Under the pieces are notes generated by a model that saw only the letters and a program-made list of their open reading frames with translations, searched no databases and was not told the origin of the DNA. Both the position numbers and the translations under genes were made by a program. Positions 16,666 through 28,812 of a stretch of DNA of 58,122 bases are shown here, piece after piece; the stretch's first letter is position 1; each line of letters starts with the position of its first letter. Source of the DNA: Chloroflexota bacterium (lineage in GTDB: Bacteria; Chloroflexota; Anaerolineae; Promineifilales; Promineifilaceae). Where the stretch lies: contig JAAYYY010000081.1 in NCBI GenBank assembly GCA_012515125.1, positions 1 to 58,122 of the forward strand, in the 5' to 3' direction.

Positions 16666-18132
16666 ATGAAGAGCCATTCGAGATTGTTTTACCTGTTGGT
16701 GATGGTGGCGCTTATGGCCCTGCTCGTGGCCTGCGGCGGCACCAACGAGCCACCGGCCAATGCGCCGGCCGAGGAGACGAATACGACGGACGTGGCCGAA
16801 GAGCCCGCCGAGGAGATGGCCGAAGAACCAGCCGAGGAGCCGGCTGAAGAAGAAACAGTTGGCGACCCCGGCGCGGAGGTTACCCTGCGCTACGCCAACT
16901 GGAACCTGGGCACCGAGGAGGAGAACAACCTGCAGCGGCGCATGGTCCAGGCCTACATCGACGCCAACCCGCACGTGAGCGTGGAGTTCGTGGATATGTC
17001 GGCCGAAGGCGGCTGGGAAGCGGTGCTGACCTCGTACGCGGCGAAGGGCGAGCTGCCCGACGTGTTCATGGCAAACAACGTGCCGCTCTACGTGCAGAAC
17101 GGCTGGCTCGCCGACCTGACGGAGTATGTACAGGACGACCCGGCGTGGGCTAACGTCCCCGAGGCGCTGGTGGACACCGTCACCTATGGCGGTCGCGTCC
17201 TCGGCCTGCCCGCCGCGCAGTTCGTTATGGGCTACTTCGTCAATCAGGACCTTTACGAGGAAGCGAACCTCGACGCGCCCGCCTACGGCTTTACCGTGGA
17301 GGAGTTCGAGGATGCCGTCACTTCGCTGCACAACCCGTCCCAGGGCGTGCTGGGCCTGGACGAGTACGAGTTCATGATAGGCTGGTATCCTAACACGCAG
17401 GACCCCAACCTGAAGTGGTTCAGCTACGACGGCGAAAAGATGAATTACAACTCGGCTCCCTTCAAGGAGGGCATCGCTTTCGCCGGCGAGATGAAGCAGT
17501 ACACCTGGCAGGGTCAGACCGAGGAGCAACTGGCCAACTTCCAATCCACGGGGCCCTGGGAGCTGTTCCTCAACGAGGAAGTCGGCATGCGCTGGGACGG
17601 CTCCTGGGCGGTGCCCGGCATCGTGTCGGGCGCTAACTTTAACTGGGACTTCGTGGGTATTCCCGGCGGCAACCAGGCGATGGTCGCCGACGTGATCGTC
17701 GTCTCGGCGACGGCAGCCAACCCGGAAGAGGCGTTCGCCTTCGCCAGATGGATGACCTACTCGCCAGAAGCCTATGTCACTGAGGTGGAAATTGCCCGCG
17801 AGATGGGCACGGCTCCGAAGATGCCCGTCTCGGTTGACGACGAATCTCTGACCATATACAAGGAGTTTGTCGACGTGCCGGGTATTCACGCCGCCCTGGA
17901 CAACCTCGACAACAGCCTGGTCGAATCCCTGGCCAAAGTGATCCCCGGCTACATCAACGCCCGCTGGGAGGGCAAACCGGGCATCAACATTGGCGACCAG
18001 ATGGACGTGAACATGGCCTACATGTTCGCCAACGCCAACGAGGGCATGTACAAGTTTGAGGACTACTCTGCGCAGCTAGAGACGTTTGCCAACCAGATCC
18101 TGAGCGACGCCACTACGCAGATGAACCAGTAA
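16666..18132 (+). CDS. ABC transporter solute-binding lipoprotein (family 1, carbohydrate)
   Basis: I prefer the ATG at 16666, preceded by AAGGAG, over the ORF-track start at 16630. Lipobox LLVACGG is followed by an acidic AEEPAEE linker. A family-1 SBP body follows. Confidence 0.8.
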   Translation: MKSHSRLFYLLVMVALMALLVACGGTNEPPANAPAEETNTTDVAEEPAEEMAEEPAEEPAEEETVGDPGAEVTLRYANWNLGTEEENNLQRRMVQAYIDANPHVSVEFVDMSAEGGWEAVLTSYAAKGELPDVFMANNVPLYVQNGWLADLTEYVQDDPAWANVPEALVDTVTYGGRVLGLPAAQFVMGYFVNQDLYEEANLDAPAYGFTVEEFEDAVTSLHNPSQGVLGLDEYEFMIGWYPNTQDPNLKWFSYDGEKMNYNSAPFKEGIAFAGEMKQYTWQGQTEEQLANFQSTGPWELFLNEEVGMRWDGSWAVPGIVSGANFNWDFVGIPGGNQAMVADVIVVSATAANPEEAFAFARWMTYSPEAYVTEVEIAREMGTAPKMPVSVDDESLTIYKEFVDVPGIHAALDNLDNSLVESLAKVIPGYINARWEGKPGINIGDQMDVNMAYMFANANEGMYKFEDYSAQLETFANQILSDATTQMNQ

Positions 18133-18147
18133 GCGTAATCATGACGG

Positions 18148-18181
18148 GAAGGAGGGCGCTGCCGGTGCAGCGCCCTCCTTC
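18148..18181 (+). terminator. Strong stem-loop downstream of the SBP gene (attenuator or terminator candidate, no U-tract)
   Basis: Perfect 14-bp stem GAAGGAGGGCGCTG / CAGCGCCCTCCTTC with the 6-nt loop CCGGTG. It starts 16 nt after the stop codon. Confidence 0.5.
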
Positions 18182-18202
18182 ACAAGATCGGAGTGACGGC
18201 TA

Positions 18203-18869
18203 ATGAGCCCGGTCATTGAAGCTCAATTCTACACGCCTCGCCTGCCGGTCAACATCGTGGCGCTGCCCAACGGCTACGAGGCACAGGCAATGCGCGCCCT
18301 GATCGAAATGCTCGGCGGCGTGGTGACCATCCACTGGATTGGCACGCCGGGGGATTTCCTCAAGGTGTTGGGCCAGGGCGAGACGGCGCCCGTTACCTGT
18401 TGATCGCCGGGCACGGGGACGTAGCGGAGGGATTCTGGCTGGACCGCTACGCCGATTTCATCGACACCTTGATGCTGCGCGGCGAATACCTGCCGGCCGA
18501 GGCCATCGAGCCGGTCGTGGATCTGCCGGGCTGCACGGTCATCGCCACTTCCTGCGGAGGCGGCAGCGCGGCGATAGGCCGGGCCTTTACGCAGAATGGG
18601 CGCATCAATGCTTACATCGGATCTCGCGTCCATCCCGGCGGCGAGATCCACGTTTTATCGTGAACTTCTTCTTCAACGTGATGGTCAAGAAAATGTCGGA
18701 TAGAGACGCCTGGTACGGGGCGATGGTGGCGACCGATCATCCCAAGATCTACCAGACGAGCCTGTACCTGCCGGGCGGCATTGAAGAACGGTACGAGGGC
18801 GTTGAGGGCGGGGCGCCGGTATCTGTGCAGCCGGCCGAACCGTACCTGGTCTCTCACGCCGAGGAATAA
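18203..18869 (+). pseudogene. Hypothetical protein gene split over three frames (two apparent frameshifts)
   Basis: ORF 18203-18403 ends ...GQGETAPVTC*. The next frame continues RYLLIAGHGDVAEG... to 18663. A third frame continues ...FIVNFFFNVMVKKMSDRDAW... to 18869. Together they read as one ~220-aa protein. Confidence 0.55.
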
Positions 18870-18897
18870 GAGGCCAGCCTAACGCCGAGGGTAAAGA

Positions 18898-21792
18898 ATG
18901 GCGCCGAAAATCACGCGACTGATTGGGCTGCTGGGGATGGTTCTCCTCGTGGGTGCCTACCGGCCGCCGACCGGGCAGGATGCGACGGCCAGTGGCCGGC
19001 CTGCGCCGCTGGCTGTGCCGGCCGGGCAGGTCGTATCCGGCTCCCCCGTGGAGATTCGCGCCGAGGCGTATGGGCTGCGGCTCAGCGACCACGAAGCGGC
19101 GGCCCTCTACGAGAAGGGCAGCGTCTATCTGCAGCCGGGCGACCGGATCGCCTTTGACGTGACTATCGAAGAGGCAGGGCTGTATACGGTTTCCTTCGAC
19201 GCCGCCGCGCCGGAGTCCTTTCTCACCCGCCCGGAGGGGCAGCTGCTCATCGACGGCGACTACCCGTCGGCTGACACGCAGCGCATTGTCTTCCCGATCT
19301 TTTACGAGAACAGCCGGGAGGATTTCCCGACCGACCGCTACGGGCACGAGGCGTTGATCCGCCAGCAGCAGCTCGTGCGCTGGAGCAACGTGCCGTTGCG
19401 CGATGCCAACCTGAGCCTGCCCTACCCGCTGCAGATCGAGCTGGAGGCCGGCGAGCACCGCTTTGAGTTTGAGCTGAACGAGCAGACGCTGTTGCTGGGC
19501 AGCATCTACGTGGAGCCGTTCGCGCCGCTGCCAGGCTACGAGGAATATCTGGCGGAACATCAGGCGGCGGACACGAGCGGCGTGCTCATCGAGATGGAAG
19601 CCGAGCGCCCGTCGTACAAGAACGACACCGCAATCCGGCCGATCAACAGCCGCAGCCTGGACGTCACCCCCTACGATACCTCCCGCCTGCTCCTGAACAC
19701 GCTCGGCGGCGAGAACTGGGACCTCACCGGCAGCACGGTCTATTACGAGTTCACCGTGCCCGAATCGGGCATGTACCTGATCACCCTGCGCGCCCTGCAG
19801 GATGTCAAGAACAACTTCACCGTTTTCCGCCGGATCACGATCAACGACGAAGTCCTCTTCTCCGAGCTGAACGAGACGCCTTTTTATTATTCGACCTCCT
19901 GGTCGAACATCACTCTCGGCGACGAAGAGGGTCCCTACAAGGTCTATCTGGAGGAAGGGGTCAACGTCCTGGGCCTGGAGGCGACGATCTCGCCCTACCG
20001 CTCGGCTATCGAGAAGGTCACAAACGTGCTGCTCGACATTAACGAGCTATCCCTGGAGATCAAGCGGCTGACCGGCAATCAGATCGATCCGTTCAAGGAG
20101 TGGGTCATCTCGGACTACATACCGGACATTGAGGAACAGCTGCTGGCGATTGCGGCCGATCTGCAGGAAGACCTGGATATTTTGCGCACCATTCAGGGCA
20201 GCGGCGGCTCGCAGGAGATCCTGACCTACCAGATGGCGATCGACAACATCACCACGCTGGCCCAGGACCCGAACGAGATTCCGGCGCGCATGAACCGCTT
20301 CTCCGAGGGCACCGGCTCGGCGGCGCAGCTTCTCGGCGACCTGCTGCCACAGCTACAGAGCCAGCCGCTGACGCTGGACAAGATTTACATTCACTCGCCC
20401 GACGTACAGCCCGAAGAGACGGGTGCGAGCGCGCTCACCTCCCTCTGGGAAGGCATCAAGCGCTTCTTCCTCTCTTTCCGGCCCGATCCCTACCAGTCGA
20501 TTGGCGCGGAGGCGGGCGAGCTGGAGGTGTGGGTCAATCGCCCGCGCCAGTACGTGGATCTGCTGCAGCTACTGGCGGACGAAACTTTTACCGGCGAGAC
20601 GGGCATCAGCGTGAAGTTCTCGATTATGCCGGACGAGAACAAGCTGGTGCTGGCGAACGCTGCCGGCATCCAGCCCGACGTGGCCCTGGGCGTGAGCACG
20701 AACGTGCCTTACGAGCTGGCGATCCGCAACGCGCTCAAAGACCTGCGGCAGTTCGACGACTTCGACTCCTTCATCACCATCTACGAGCCGGGCAGCCTGC
20801 TGAGCTACGTCATCAACGAGTCAGTCTATGCGATCCCCGAGACGCAGGATTTCTGGGTGACGTTCTACCGGCGTGACATTCTGAACTCGCTGGGCATCCC
20901 GGTGCCGGATACGTGGGACGAGGTGATCGAGATTTTGCCGGAGCTGCAGCGCTTCGGCATGAACTTCAATACGGCCCTGTCCAGCGGCAGCGGCACGAAG
21001 GGCTACCTGCTCACGGCGCCGTATCTCTTCAATCATGGGGCCGATCTGTATGCCGAAAACGGCTTTGCTACGGGCATGGGCAGCGACGAGGCCATCGAGG
21101 CGATCCAGTTTATGGCCGAGAGCTTCACGATCTATGGCATGCCGCTGCAGACAGCCAACTTCTACGATAGCTTCCGCTACGGCAGCCTGCCGATCGGCAT
21201 TTCTAACTTCACGACCTATCTGCAGCTGTTGACGGCGGCGCCGGAGCTGAACGGCCTGTGGGAGCTGGCCCTCTACCCGGCGACCGTGCTGGACGATGGG
21301 CGCGAGCTGCGCTATGCGACTGGCTCGGCACAGGCCAGCATCATGTTCGAGAAGACGGACCAGCCGGAAGAGGCATGGGAGTTTATGAAGTGGTGGATGT
21401 CTACCGATACGCAGGTCGATTTCCAGCAACAGCTCATCCTCAATTACGGGATGGAGTATTTGTGGAACTCGGCTAACGTGGAAGCGTTCGCCTTTTCGCC
21501 GATTCCTGACAACCATAAGGAAGTGATCCTGGAACAATGGGAGTGGCTGCAGGAGCCGCTGAAGCTGCCGGGCAGCTATATGCAGGAGCGGGAGCTGAGT
21601 AACGCCTGGAACCGGATTGTCTTCGACGGGGTGAACCCGCGCGTCGCCATTGACGCAAGTGTCGTCACCGTCAACCGGGAGATCGCCCGCAAGATGGAAG
21701 AGTTTGGCTATATGCAGGACGGCCGGATCGTCAAAGAGTTTTCGATTCCGACGATAGAGACGATTGAGGGCTGGATGGAGAAAGGGAGTTGA
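18898..21792 (+). CDS. Giant extracellular solute-binding protein (964 aa): signal anchor, two CBM-like beta-sandwich modules, linker, family-1 SBP domain
   Basis: N-terminal hydrophobic anchor. Two segments follow the pattern of CBM6/35-like modules: IRAEAYG...[20 protein letters not shown] and EMEAERPSY...[16 protein letters not shown]. The C-terminal ~450 aa have SBP family-1 features ([17 protein letters not shown]). Confidence 0.7.
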   Translation: MAPKITRLIGLLGMVLLVGAYRPPTGQDATASGRPAPLAVPAGQVVSGSPVEIRAEAYGLRLSDHEAAALYEKGSVYLQPGDRIAFDVTIEEAGLYTVSFDAAAPESFLTRPEGQLLIDGDYPSADTQRIVFPIFYENSREDFPTDRYGHEALIRQQQLVRWSNVPLRDANLSLPYPLQIELEAGEHRFEFELNEQTLLLGSIYVEPFAPLPGYEEYLAEHQAADTSGVLIEMEAERPSYKNDTAIRPINSRSLDVTPYDTSRLLLNTLGGENWDLTGSTVYYEFTVPESGMYLITLRALQDVKNNFTVFRRITINDEVLFSELNETPFYYSTSWSNITLGDEEGPYKVYLEEGVNVLGLEATISPYRSAIEKVTNVLLDINELSLEIKRLTGNQIDPFKEWVISDYIPDIEEQLLAIAADLQEDLDILRTIQGSGGSQEILTYQMAIDNITTLAQDPNEIPARMNRFSEGTGSAAQLLGDLLPQLQSQPLTLDKIYIHSPDVQPEETGASALTSLWEGIKRFFLSFRPDPYQSIGAEAGELEVWVNRPRQYVDLLQLLADETFTGETGISVKFSIMPDENKLVLANAAGIQPDVALGVSTNVPYELAIRNALKDLRQFDDFDSFITIYEPGSLLSYVINESVYAIPETQDFWVTFYRRDILNSLGIPVPDTWDEVIEILPELQRFGMNFNTALSSGSGTKGYLLTAPYLFNHGADLYAENGFATGMGSDEAIEAIQFMAESFTIYGMPLQTANFYDSFRYGSLPIGISNFTTYLQLLTAAPELNGLWELALYPATVLDDGRELRYATGSAQASIMFEKTDQPEEAWEFMKWWMSTDTQVDFQQQLILNYGMEYLWNSANVEAFAFSPIPDNHKEVILEQWEWLQEPLKLPGSYMQERELSNAWNRIVFDGVNPRVAIDASVVTVNREIARKMEEFGYMQDGRIVKEFSIPTIETIEGWMEKGS

Positions 21793-21796
21793 GCCG

Positions 21797-22807
21797 ATGG
21801 TAGAACAGGAATCGCCACAGATATTCCCGGCGGCGACCGGCGCTCAGGCCCAGGCCGAGCTGCGCCGGGTCAGGCCGGTGGAGCGAGACGAGGTCGGCGA
21901 GCCGCGCCCCTTCCCCCGCCTCAGGCAATGGCTGAACCGCGAAGGCAGCGCCTACGCCTTTCTCTCGATGTACGCCGTGTTGTTTATCGTCTTTATCGTC
22001 GTGCCCGTCGTGGTCGCCATCGGCCTCTCGTTCACCTTCTTCGACACGATCCAGCCGCCGACATTTAACGGGCTGCGTAACTACATCGTCCTGCTCACCC
22101 AGGACGACATCTTCATGCGCTACGTGCTGCCCAACACGATCAAGTTTGCCGTGCTGGTCGGGCCGGGCGGTTACGTTCTGGCTTTTATGCTGGCGTGGAT
22201 TCTGGCCCAGCTGCCCAAGAAGCCGCGCACGGTGCTCGCGCTGATCCTCTACTCGCCGTCGATGACCACTGGCGTGGCGATGGCTGTGGTCTGGAAGACG
22301 CTGTTCAGCGGCGACCAGAATGGCTACCTGAACAGCTTCCTGATGGGGTTGAACATCATCCAGGAGCCTATTCAATGGCTGCAATCGCCTGACTACCTGA
22401 TGACGATCATGATCGTCGTCACCCTGTGGAGCAGCATGGGGATCGGCTTCCTGGCGATGCTCGCGGGGATTCTGGAGATTAACCCGGAGCTGTACGAAGT
22501 GGGTGCGCTGGACGGCATCAGCAACCGCTTCCAGGAGATCGTCCACATCACTATTCCGTCGATGAAGCCGCAGATGTTGTTTGGCGCCGTGATGGCGATC
22601 GTGGGCACGTTCCAGGCCGGGGCGATTGGCGTTACCCTTTCCGGCGGCAACCCGACGCCGCAATACGCGGGCCAGCTCATCGTCAATCACATCGAGGACT
22701 TTGGCTTTCTGCGCTACGAGATGGGCTACGCTGCCGCCGTATCCGTCGTGTTGTTGTTGATGGTGCTCTTTTTCGCCAGAGTCGCCAATAGATTGTTCGG
22801 GAGTTAA
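21797..22807 (+). CDS. Carbohydrate ABC transporter permease (pair A, first)
   Basis: ATG at 21797, after GGGAG. Six predicted TM segments. EAA-loop [28 protein letters not shown]. Confidence 0.85.
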   Translation: MVEQESPQIFPAATGAQAQAELRRVRPVERDEVGEPRPFPRLRQWLNREGSAYAFLSMYAVLFIVFIVVPVVVAIGLSFTFFDTIQPPTFNGLRNYIVLLTQDDIFMRYVLPNTIKFAVLVGPGGYVLAFMLAWILAQLPKKPRTVLALILYSPSMTTGVAMAVVWKTLFSGDQNGYLNSFLMGLNIIQEPIQWLQSPDYLMTIMIVVTLWSSMGIGFLAMLAGILEINPELYEVGALDGISNRFQEIVHITIPSMKPQMLFGAVMAIVGTFQAGAIGVTLSGGNPTPQYAGQLIVNHIEDFGFLRYEMGYAAAVSVVLLLMVLFFARVANRLFGS

Positions 22808-22810
22808 GCC

Positions 22811-23734
22811 GTGGCTACGATAACGCGCAGACGCAGGCGCTCGCACAGCCGGTTCGCCAATATCCGCAACGCCGGGATCAATCCCAAGGGCTTCCACACG
22901 AGCCAGATCAAGTTCTACATCATCCTGCTGCCGCTGATCGTGCTCATGCTCCTGCCGATCATCTTCGTCTTCTCGCACGCCTTCAAGCCGCCGGACGAGC
23001 TGTTTGCCTATCCGCCCCGCTTCTTCGTCACCAGTCCGACGTTCAAGAACTTCACCGACCTTTTTTCGCGGATGTCCAACTCCGGCGTGCCGGTCAGCCG
23101 CTATCTGTTTAACAGCATCGTCATCACGGCGGTGACCATCGTCGCTTCGACCATCGTCTCGACGACGGCGGCCTACGCCCTCTCCAAGAAGCGCTTCAAG
23201 CTGAAGACGACGCTCTTTGCCATCAACACCGTGGCGCTGATGTTTGTGCCCATCGCCGTGATGATCCCGCGCTTCCTGATTATCGAGCGGCTGAACCTGA
23301 TCGACACCTTCCTGGTGCACATTCTGCCCGGCCTCGCCCTACCGGTGGGCCTCTTTCTGATCAAGCAGTTTATCGACGGCATTCCCGACGAGGTGGTGGA
23401 AGCGGCGCGCATCGACGGCGCTAACGACGTCTGGATCTACTGGTTCATCATCCTGCCAATGATCCGGCCGGCCATCGCCACCATCGCGATCCTGACGTTC
23501 CAGGCGACCTGGAACAACGCGGAGATTTCCACACTGTACATCAACAGCGAAAGCCTGAAGACCTTTGCCTTTTATCTCTCGACGCTGACGACGACGACGG
23601 CGGGCGCGAACGCCGTCGCCGGACAGGGCATGGCTGCGGCGGCGACGCTGATCATGTTCCTGCCCAACCTGCTCATCTTCATTCTGCTGCAAAGCCAGGT
23701 GATGAGCACCATGTCGCACTCTGGCCTCAAATAA
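22811..23734 (+). CDS. Carbohydrate ABC transporter permease (pair A, second)
   Basis: 307 aa. EAA-loop [26 protein letters not shown]. Confidence 0.85.
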   Translation: MATITRRRRRSHSRFANIRNAGINPKGFHTSQIKFYIILLPLIVLMLLPIIFVFSHAFKPPDELFAYPPRFFVTSPTFKNFTDLFSRMSNSGVPVSRYLFNSIVITAVTIVASTIVSTTAAYALSKKRFKLKTTLFAINTVALMFVPIAVMIPRFLIIERLNLIDTFLVHILPGLALPVGLFLIKQFIDGIPDEVVEAARIDGANDVWIYWFIILPMIRPAIATIAILTFQATWNNAEISTLYINSESLKTFAFYLSTLTTTTAGANAVAGQGMAAAATLIMFLPNLLIFILLQSQVMSTMSHSGLK

Positions 23735-23748
23735 GGAGGTCGCGAACG

Positions 23749-25755
23749 ATGAAACGGCTAATCTGGACCGGTTTATTGCTGGCGCTCCTGGCCCTGACGG
23801 CGGTCCCGGCGCGGGCCGACACGCCCTATACGACGTGGGCGCTCGGCCCCAAGGGATTGCTCGTCATGACCCAGGACGCCTACACGCCGCTGAACGAGGT
23901 AGACCTGCCGGTGTCCGGGCCCGAGGATATGTTCGTCACCAAAGAGGGCGTGATCTACGTGGCCGACGCGGGCAACGAGCGCATTGTCCGGCTGGACAAC
24001 AACTATGAAGTGGTCCAGTCGTATGGCGAGGAGGTGCTGGACAACCCGACGGGCATCTTCGTGGACGACGAGGGCGTGATCTACGTGGCCGACGCGGGGC
24101 TGGCGCAGATCGTCATCATCGGCGCAGACGGCGAGATCATCAACCAGTTTGGCCGGCCGACGGAGCCGCTGTTTGGCCGCAACCGGGAGTTTCTGCCGCG
24201 CAAGATTGCGGTCGATGCGCGCGAGAATCTGTACATCATCAGCGAAGGGTCGGTCAACGGCATCGTGCAGATGAACACGATGGGTAACTTCATCGGCTAC
24301 TTTGGGGCGAACTCGGCCTCGATGTCGCTGAAGATGATCCTGCAGCGCCTGTTCCTGACCGACGAGCAGCTGGCGCAGTTCATCCGCAACGAGGCGGCGA
24401 GTCCCTCTAACCTGACCATCGATCACCAGTCGCTCGTCTTTACGATTACCGCCGGCACTTCGCCCGAGAAGGCCATCCGGCGCTTCACTATTTCGGGCAA
24501 GAATATTTACCCGGACACGTGGGGCTCGACGGCCTTCCGGGACATCGACGTGAGCGAGACTGGCGTCGTTCTGGCGGTCGCTCCTGATGGGATCTTCGAA
24601 TATGACCTGAACGGCACGCTGCTTTTTGTCTTTGGCGCGCAGGACACGGGGAACCAGCGGCTGGGCACGCTGCGCAACCCCACAGCCATCGCCCGGCGCG
24701 GCGAGCAGATCATCGTCCTGGACAAGGACAAGAACGGCCTGGTCCTTTACGAGACGACGGCGTTCGCCCGCCAGGTGCATGAGGGCGTGCGCCTCTATAT
24801 GGGCGGCTATTATCAGGAAGCGAAGCCCTATTTTGAGGACGTCCTCGACTTCAACGGCTCCTTCATCATGGCCTACCAGGCGATTGCCGACGCTTACTTT
24901 AAGGAGTTCGACTACGAGAAGGCGCTGGAGAACTATCGCTATGCCGAAGACCGTGAAGGCTATTCGCAGGCGTTCTGGGAGCTGCGCAACCAGGTCTTGC
25001 AGCGCCGGCTGAGCCAGGCGCTGATGGCAATGGTCGGCCTCGCGCTCGTCTCGCAGGTAGCCACACGCGTCGACCGTCGCTACCACTGGAGCGATCCGCT
25101 CCGCACCCGGCTGGAGAGGCTGAAGGAGATCAAGCTGGTTGACGATCTCCGCTTCATGTTCCGCTTTATCAAGAAGCCGGCGGACAGCTTCTATTACATC
25201 AAGAAGAACAAGAGGGGCAGCCTGCTCTTTGCCTTTCTGATTTACCTTGCCGTCGTCGTCATTCGCGTGCTGTCGCTCTACGTGACCGGCTTCATCTTCA
25301 GCCCGTATGCCTCGCCCGCCGACATTAACGTGGAGAACGCCATCGTCACCACGGTTGGGCTGCTGTTCCTGTGGAACGCCGCCAACTATCTCGTCTCGAC
25401 CATCAGCGACGGCGAGGGGCGCGTGCGGCACGTGGTCATCGGCACGGCCTACAGCCTCTTTCCCTACATTCTGATTGCCCTGCCGGTCGCCCTGCTCTCC
25501 AACGTGCTGACCGAGAACGAGGTCTTCATCTACTCCTTCACCCTGAACCTGATGTGGGTGTGGATCGCCATCATGCTCTTCATCATGATCAAGGAGATCC
25601 ACAACTACTCCTTTTCGGAGACAGTCAAAAACGTGCTGGTGACGCTGTTCACGATGGCCCTCTTCCTGCTGACGGGCTACATCCTGTACGTACTCTTTAC
25701 CCAGCTATTTGACTTTATCACGGCGATTGCCCAGGAGCTGAGGTTACGTGCTTAA
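23749..25755 (+). CDS. Signal peptide + NHL-repeat beta-propeller + TPR-like segment + Yip1-type multi-pass membrane domain
   Basis: 668 aa. Repeated [14 protein letters not shown] / [17 protein letters not shown]-type blades. The segment [13 protein letters not shown]...[11 protein letters not shown] is TPR-like. The C-terminal ~200 aa have five hydrophobic helices, as in Yip1-domain proteins. Confidence 0.65.
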   Translation: MKRLIWTGLLLALLALTAVPARADTPYTTWALGPKGLLVMTQDAYTPLNEVDLPVSGPEDMFVTKEGVIYVADAGNERIVRLDNNYEVVQSYGEEVLDNPTGIFVDDEGVIYVADAGLAQIVIIGADGEIINQFGRPTEPLFGRNREFLPRKIAVDARENLYIISEGSVNGIVQMNTMGNFIGYFGANSASMSLKMILQRLFLTDEQLAQFIRNEAASPSNLTIDHQSLVFTITAGTSPEKAIRRFTISGKNIYPDTWGSTAFRDIDVSETGVVLAVAPDGIFEYDLNGTLLFVFGAQDTGNQRLGTLRNPTAIARRGEQIIVLDKDKNGLVLYETTAFARQVHEGVRLYMGGYYQEAKPYFEDVLDFNGSFIMAYQAIADAYFKEFDYEKALENYRYAEDREGYSQAFWELRNQVLQRRLSQALMAMVGLALVSQVATRVDRRYHWSDPLRTRLERLKEIKLVDDLRFMFRFIKKPADSFYYIKKNKRGSLLFAFLIYLAVVVIRVLSLYVTGFIFSPYASPADINVENAIVTTVGLLFLWNAANYLVSTISDGEGRVRHVVIGTAYSLFPYILIALPVALLSNVLTENEVFIYSFTLNLMWVWIAIMLFIMIKEIHNYSFSETVKNVLVTLFTMALFLLTGYILYVLFTQLFDFITAIAQELRLRA

Positions 25756-27925
25756 GATACCGCGGCTGATCGTTGCCCTGATCCTCGTCGTCCTCCTGCT
25801 CGGCGTGGGCGCTCTCCACGCGGCGCAGGATGGACCGTCGCTGGCCCCTATCGCGCAGGAGATCCCGGCCGAGAGCTATGAACTGGTGGGTGAAAACGAG
25901 AAGTTTCAACTCTATGCGAGCCAAGAGACGCTGGCCTTTAAGGTCGTGGACAAGCGCAACGGCTACATCTGGCACTCCAACCTGGACGAGGTAACGGAAG
26001 AAGACAACCTTAACCGGACCTGGACCGCCTTTGCCCAAAGCGGGATCAGCATCAACTACCTCGACCAGAGCGCGGACAACGAGCGAAATTCCATTACGGC
26101 TGCTGAACATACCCTCGAGTTTGAGCCGATCGAACAGGGCTTCCAGGCGTCAGTCACCTTTACGGACCCGTCTATCACCGTGGGCGTCGTCGTCCAGCTT
26201 GAGGCGGACGGCGTCCGTGTAGAGGTGCCGTTTGATCGCCTGCGGGAGGCTGACCCAGAGTACAAGCTGGGCATGCTCCACCTCTACCCGTTCTTTGGGG
26301 CGACCCGGGCGGACACAGTGCGGGGCTATATGTTCATCCCCGACGGCTCGGGAACGCTGATTAACCTGGCGGCCACGACCAAGGCGCGGAACATGTTCTA
26401 CGGGCGCTACTATGGGGCCGACCTGGGCATGATCGGCACGCTGCCCTACGACCCGCTCCTGAAGCGACCCTACCAGCTCTCTATCCCGGTCACGGGTATG
26501 GTCCACGGCGAAAAGGAACACGCCTTCATCGCCGTGGTCGAGAAAGGGGCCTCGTACGCCGAAGTGCAGGGCCACCCGGCGGGGGTCACGACGCAGTTCA
26601 ACTTCATCTACAACGCCTTCATCTACAACCAGAGCTACTTCCAGGCGACGAACCGAGCCGGGGCGGGCGTGACGGTGCTGCAGCCGACGACAAACGCCTT
26701 CGACGTGGTCGTCCATTACCGCCTGCTGACCGGCGACGAGAGCGACTACGTGGGCATGGCCCGCAGCTACCAGGCCTATCTGCTGGACAAGGGGATGCTC
26801 GACCGGAGAGTGGACGAGAGCGACGACATTGGCATCAGGCTGGAGTTCCTGGGAGCGGAGAAGGAGCGTATCCTCTTCTGGTATCGCTCGATTCCCATGA
26901 CGACGCTCGAGCAGATGGGGGCAATTCTGCGGGACCTGGAGATTGCTAATCCCGACGTCGTCTACTATGGCTGGCAGCCTCGCGGCGCCTCGACGAGCTT
27001 TCCGCGCACACTGAAGCTGGACCGCTCGCTGGGCAACACGGCCGGATTGCGGTCGCTGATCGAGGAGATCGAGGCGGCGGGGGGGCGCTTCCATCTCTAT
27101 CTCGATCCGCAGGCGGCGCTGTTGGACGAAGGCGGTTATTCGGCGCGCCGCGATCTGGCGATGGCGATCACCAACGTCAACCTGATGGGCTACAACCGCG
27201 ACAAGGTAAACTACTACCTGAATATGGAGGCCCTGAGCGACTATTACAGCGGGCTGAGCGAGGACATTTTCGCCGAGACGGAGGCAGGGCTGGCGCTCGA
27301 CGGCATCGGCTCCACGCTGTATAGCGACTTCAGGAGCGGCAGACGGTTGAACCGTGAGGGCGCGATAGCGGGCTACCAATCGCTGATGGAGGACGCCGGG
27401 GGCCACCTCGCCTTCTACCAGCCCAACGACTACATGTACGGCTACATGGACGCCTACTACGACATTCCTGTGAGCAACAGCGGCTACATCTATACGACGG
27501 AGGTCGTGCCGTTCCTGCAGATCGTGCTGGCGGGCTACGTTCCCTACTACGGCCCGGCGATGAACTTCTCCTCTAGCCTGCGGGCCGACCTGCTGCGCCA
27601 CGCCGACTTTGGCGTCTACCTCTCCTACTTCCTGACCCAGGAGCCGACGGCGAATATCCTGGGTACCCGCTCGGAGTGGATTTACACTTCCTCTTACGCA
27701 CAGTGGGGAGATGAAATCGAACAGACCTATGAATGGCTGAACAACCTGCTGGCGCCGGTCAAAGGGGAGCCCATCGTCGCCCGCGAGCGCGTCGCGCGGG
27801 GCGTCTTTGCCACCACCTACGCCAACGGCCGGCAGATTGTCGTCAACTACAACAGCAGTCCGTATTACAGCGGCGACCTGGCAGTGGAAGCGCAGGACGC
27901 GATTATCAGGGAGGTTGTGCCATGA
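25748..27925 (+). CDS. Membrane-anchored or secreted uncharacterised protein, DUF5696-like (assignment from memory)
   Basis: 725 aa. N-terminal hydrophobic anchor. The GTG start overlaps the preceding stop. No recognised catalytic motif. The central region (YGWQPRG...[11 protein letters not shown]...[14 protein letters not shown]) is compatible with a TIM-barrel carbohydrate-active fold. Confidence 0.5.
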   Translation: MLKIPRLIVALILVVLLLGVGALHAAQDGPSLAPIAQEIPAESYELVGENEKFQLYASQETLAFKVVDKRNGYIWHSNLDEVTEEDNLNRTWTAFAQSGISINYLDQSADNERNSITAAEHTLEFEPIEQGFQASVTFTDPSITVGVVVQLEADGVRVEVPFDRLREADPEYKLGMLHLYPFFGATRADTVRGYMFIPDGSGTLINLAATTKARNMFYGRYYGADLGMIGTLPYDPLLKRPYQLSIPVTGMVHGEKEHAFIAVVEKGASYAEVQGHPAGVTTQFNFIYNAFIYNQSYFQATNRAGAGVTVLQPTTNAFDVVVHYRLLTGDESDYVGMARSYQAYLLDKGMLDRRVDESDDIGIRLEFLGAEKERILFWYRSIPMTTLEQMGAILRDLEIANPDVVYYGWQPRGASTSFPRTLKLDRSLGNTAGLRSLIEEIEAAGGRFHLYLDPQAALLDEGGYSARRDLAMAITNVNLMGYNRDKVNYYLNMEALSDYYSGLSEDIFAETEAGLALDGIGSTLYSDFRSGRRLNREGAIAGYQSLMEDAGGHLAFYQPNDYMYGYMDAYYDIPVSNSGYIYTTEVVPFLQIVLAGYVPYYGPAMNFSSSLRADLLRHADFGVYLSYFLTQEPTANILGTRSEWIYTSSYAQWGDEIEQTYEWLNNLLAPVKGEPIVARERVARGVFATTYANGRQIVVNYNSSPYYSGDLAVEAQDAIIREVVP

Positions 27926-28812
27926 CCCAACGTGTGAGCCGGCGCCGGTTGGGCCTGACGTACCGGGCCAGAGAGGCGCTGGGCGGCTATTCCTTTGTGC
28001 TCATCTGGATCGCCGGCTTTCTCATCTTTACGCTCGTGCCACTGGGGCAGACGCTTTATTACAGTCTGAACCAGGTGACGGTATCGGCGACCGGCATCAA
28101 CCTGCGCTTCGTGGAGTGGAACAACTACACGCGCGCCCTGTTCACCGATCCCACTTTCACCAGCCTGCTCATCGAATACGCCATCGAAACACTCGTCTCC
28201 GTGCCGATCATCGTCATTTTTTCGCTGATCATCGCCCTGTTTCTGAATCTCAAGCTGAAGTTCAAGGGGATCTTCCGCACGATCTTCTTCCTGCCGGTGG
28301 TGATCACCAGCGGGCCGGTCATCCAGGAGCTGGTGGCGCAGGGGGCTACGTCGGTGCCGGGACTGACGCTGCCGGAGAGCGTGACTTCTTTCATCGCCGA
28401 CCTGCCCGTCTATCTGCGCAATCCCATCGACTACCTGCTGACTTCGTTCATCCTGATCCTCTGGTTCTCCGGCGTGCAGATCCTCATCTTCCTCTCCGGG
28501 CTGCAGAAGATCGACAGCAGCACCTACGAAGCGGCGTCCATTGACGGCGCCTCGGCCTGGGAAGCGTTCTGGAAGATCACCCTGCCCTCGCTGTCGGGGA
28601 CGACCATTCTCGTGGCTGTTTACACGATCATCACGCTCTCGCACTTCTCGGAGAACAAGGTGATCAAGTATATCTACGGGCAGACCTACGCCGTCGGCGG
28701 CGGCATTGGCTACGCCAGCGCGATGTCTTTCCTCTACTTCTTTGTCCTGATCCTGCTGCTGGGGATCGTCTATTTCCTGTTGACGTATCGTGCGAAGGGG
28801 CAGTACGGATGA
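27922..28812 (+). CDS. Carbohydrate ABC transporter permease (pair B, first)
   Basis: The ATG at 27922 forms an ATGA overlap with the preceding stop. The ORF-track start at 27733 lies inside the upstream gene. EAA-loop TYEAASIDGASAWEAFWKITLPSL. Confidence 0.85.
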   Translation: MTQRVSRRRLGLTYRAREALGGYSFVLIWIAGFLIFTLVPLGQTLYYSLNQVTVSATGINLRFVEWNNYTRALFTDPTFTSLLIEYAIETLVSVPIIVIFSLIIALFLNLKLKFKGIFRTIFFLPVVITSGPVIQELVAQGATSVPGLTLPESVTSFIADLPVYLRNPIDYLLTSFILILWFSGVQILIFLSGLQKIDSSTYEAASIDGASAWEAFWKITLPSLSGTTILVAVYTIITLSHFSENKVIKYIYGQTYAVGGGIGYASAMSFLYFFVLILLLGIVYFLLTYRAKGQYG

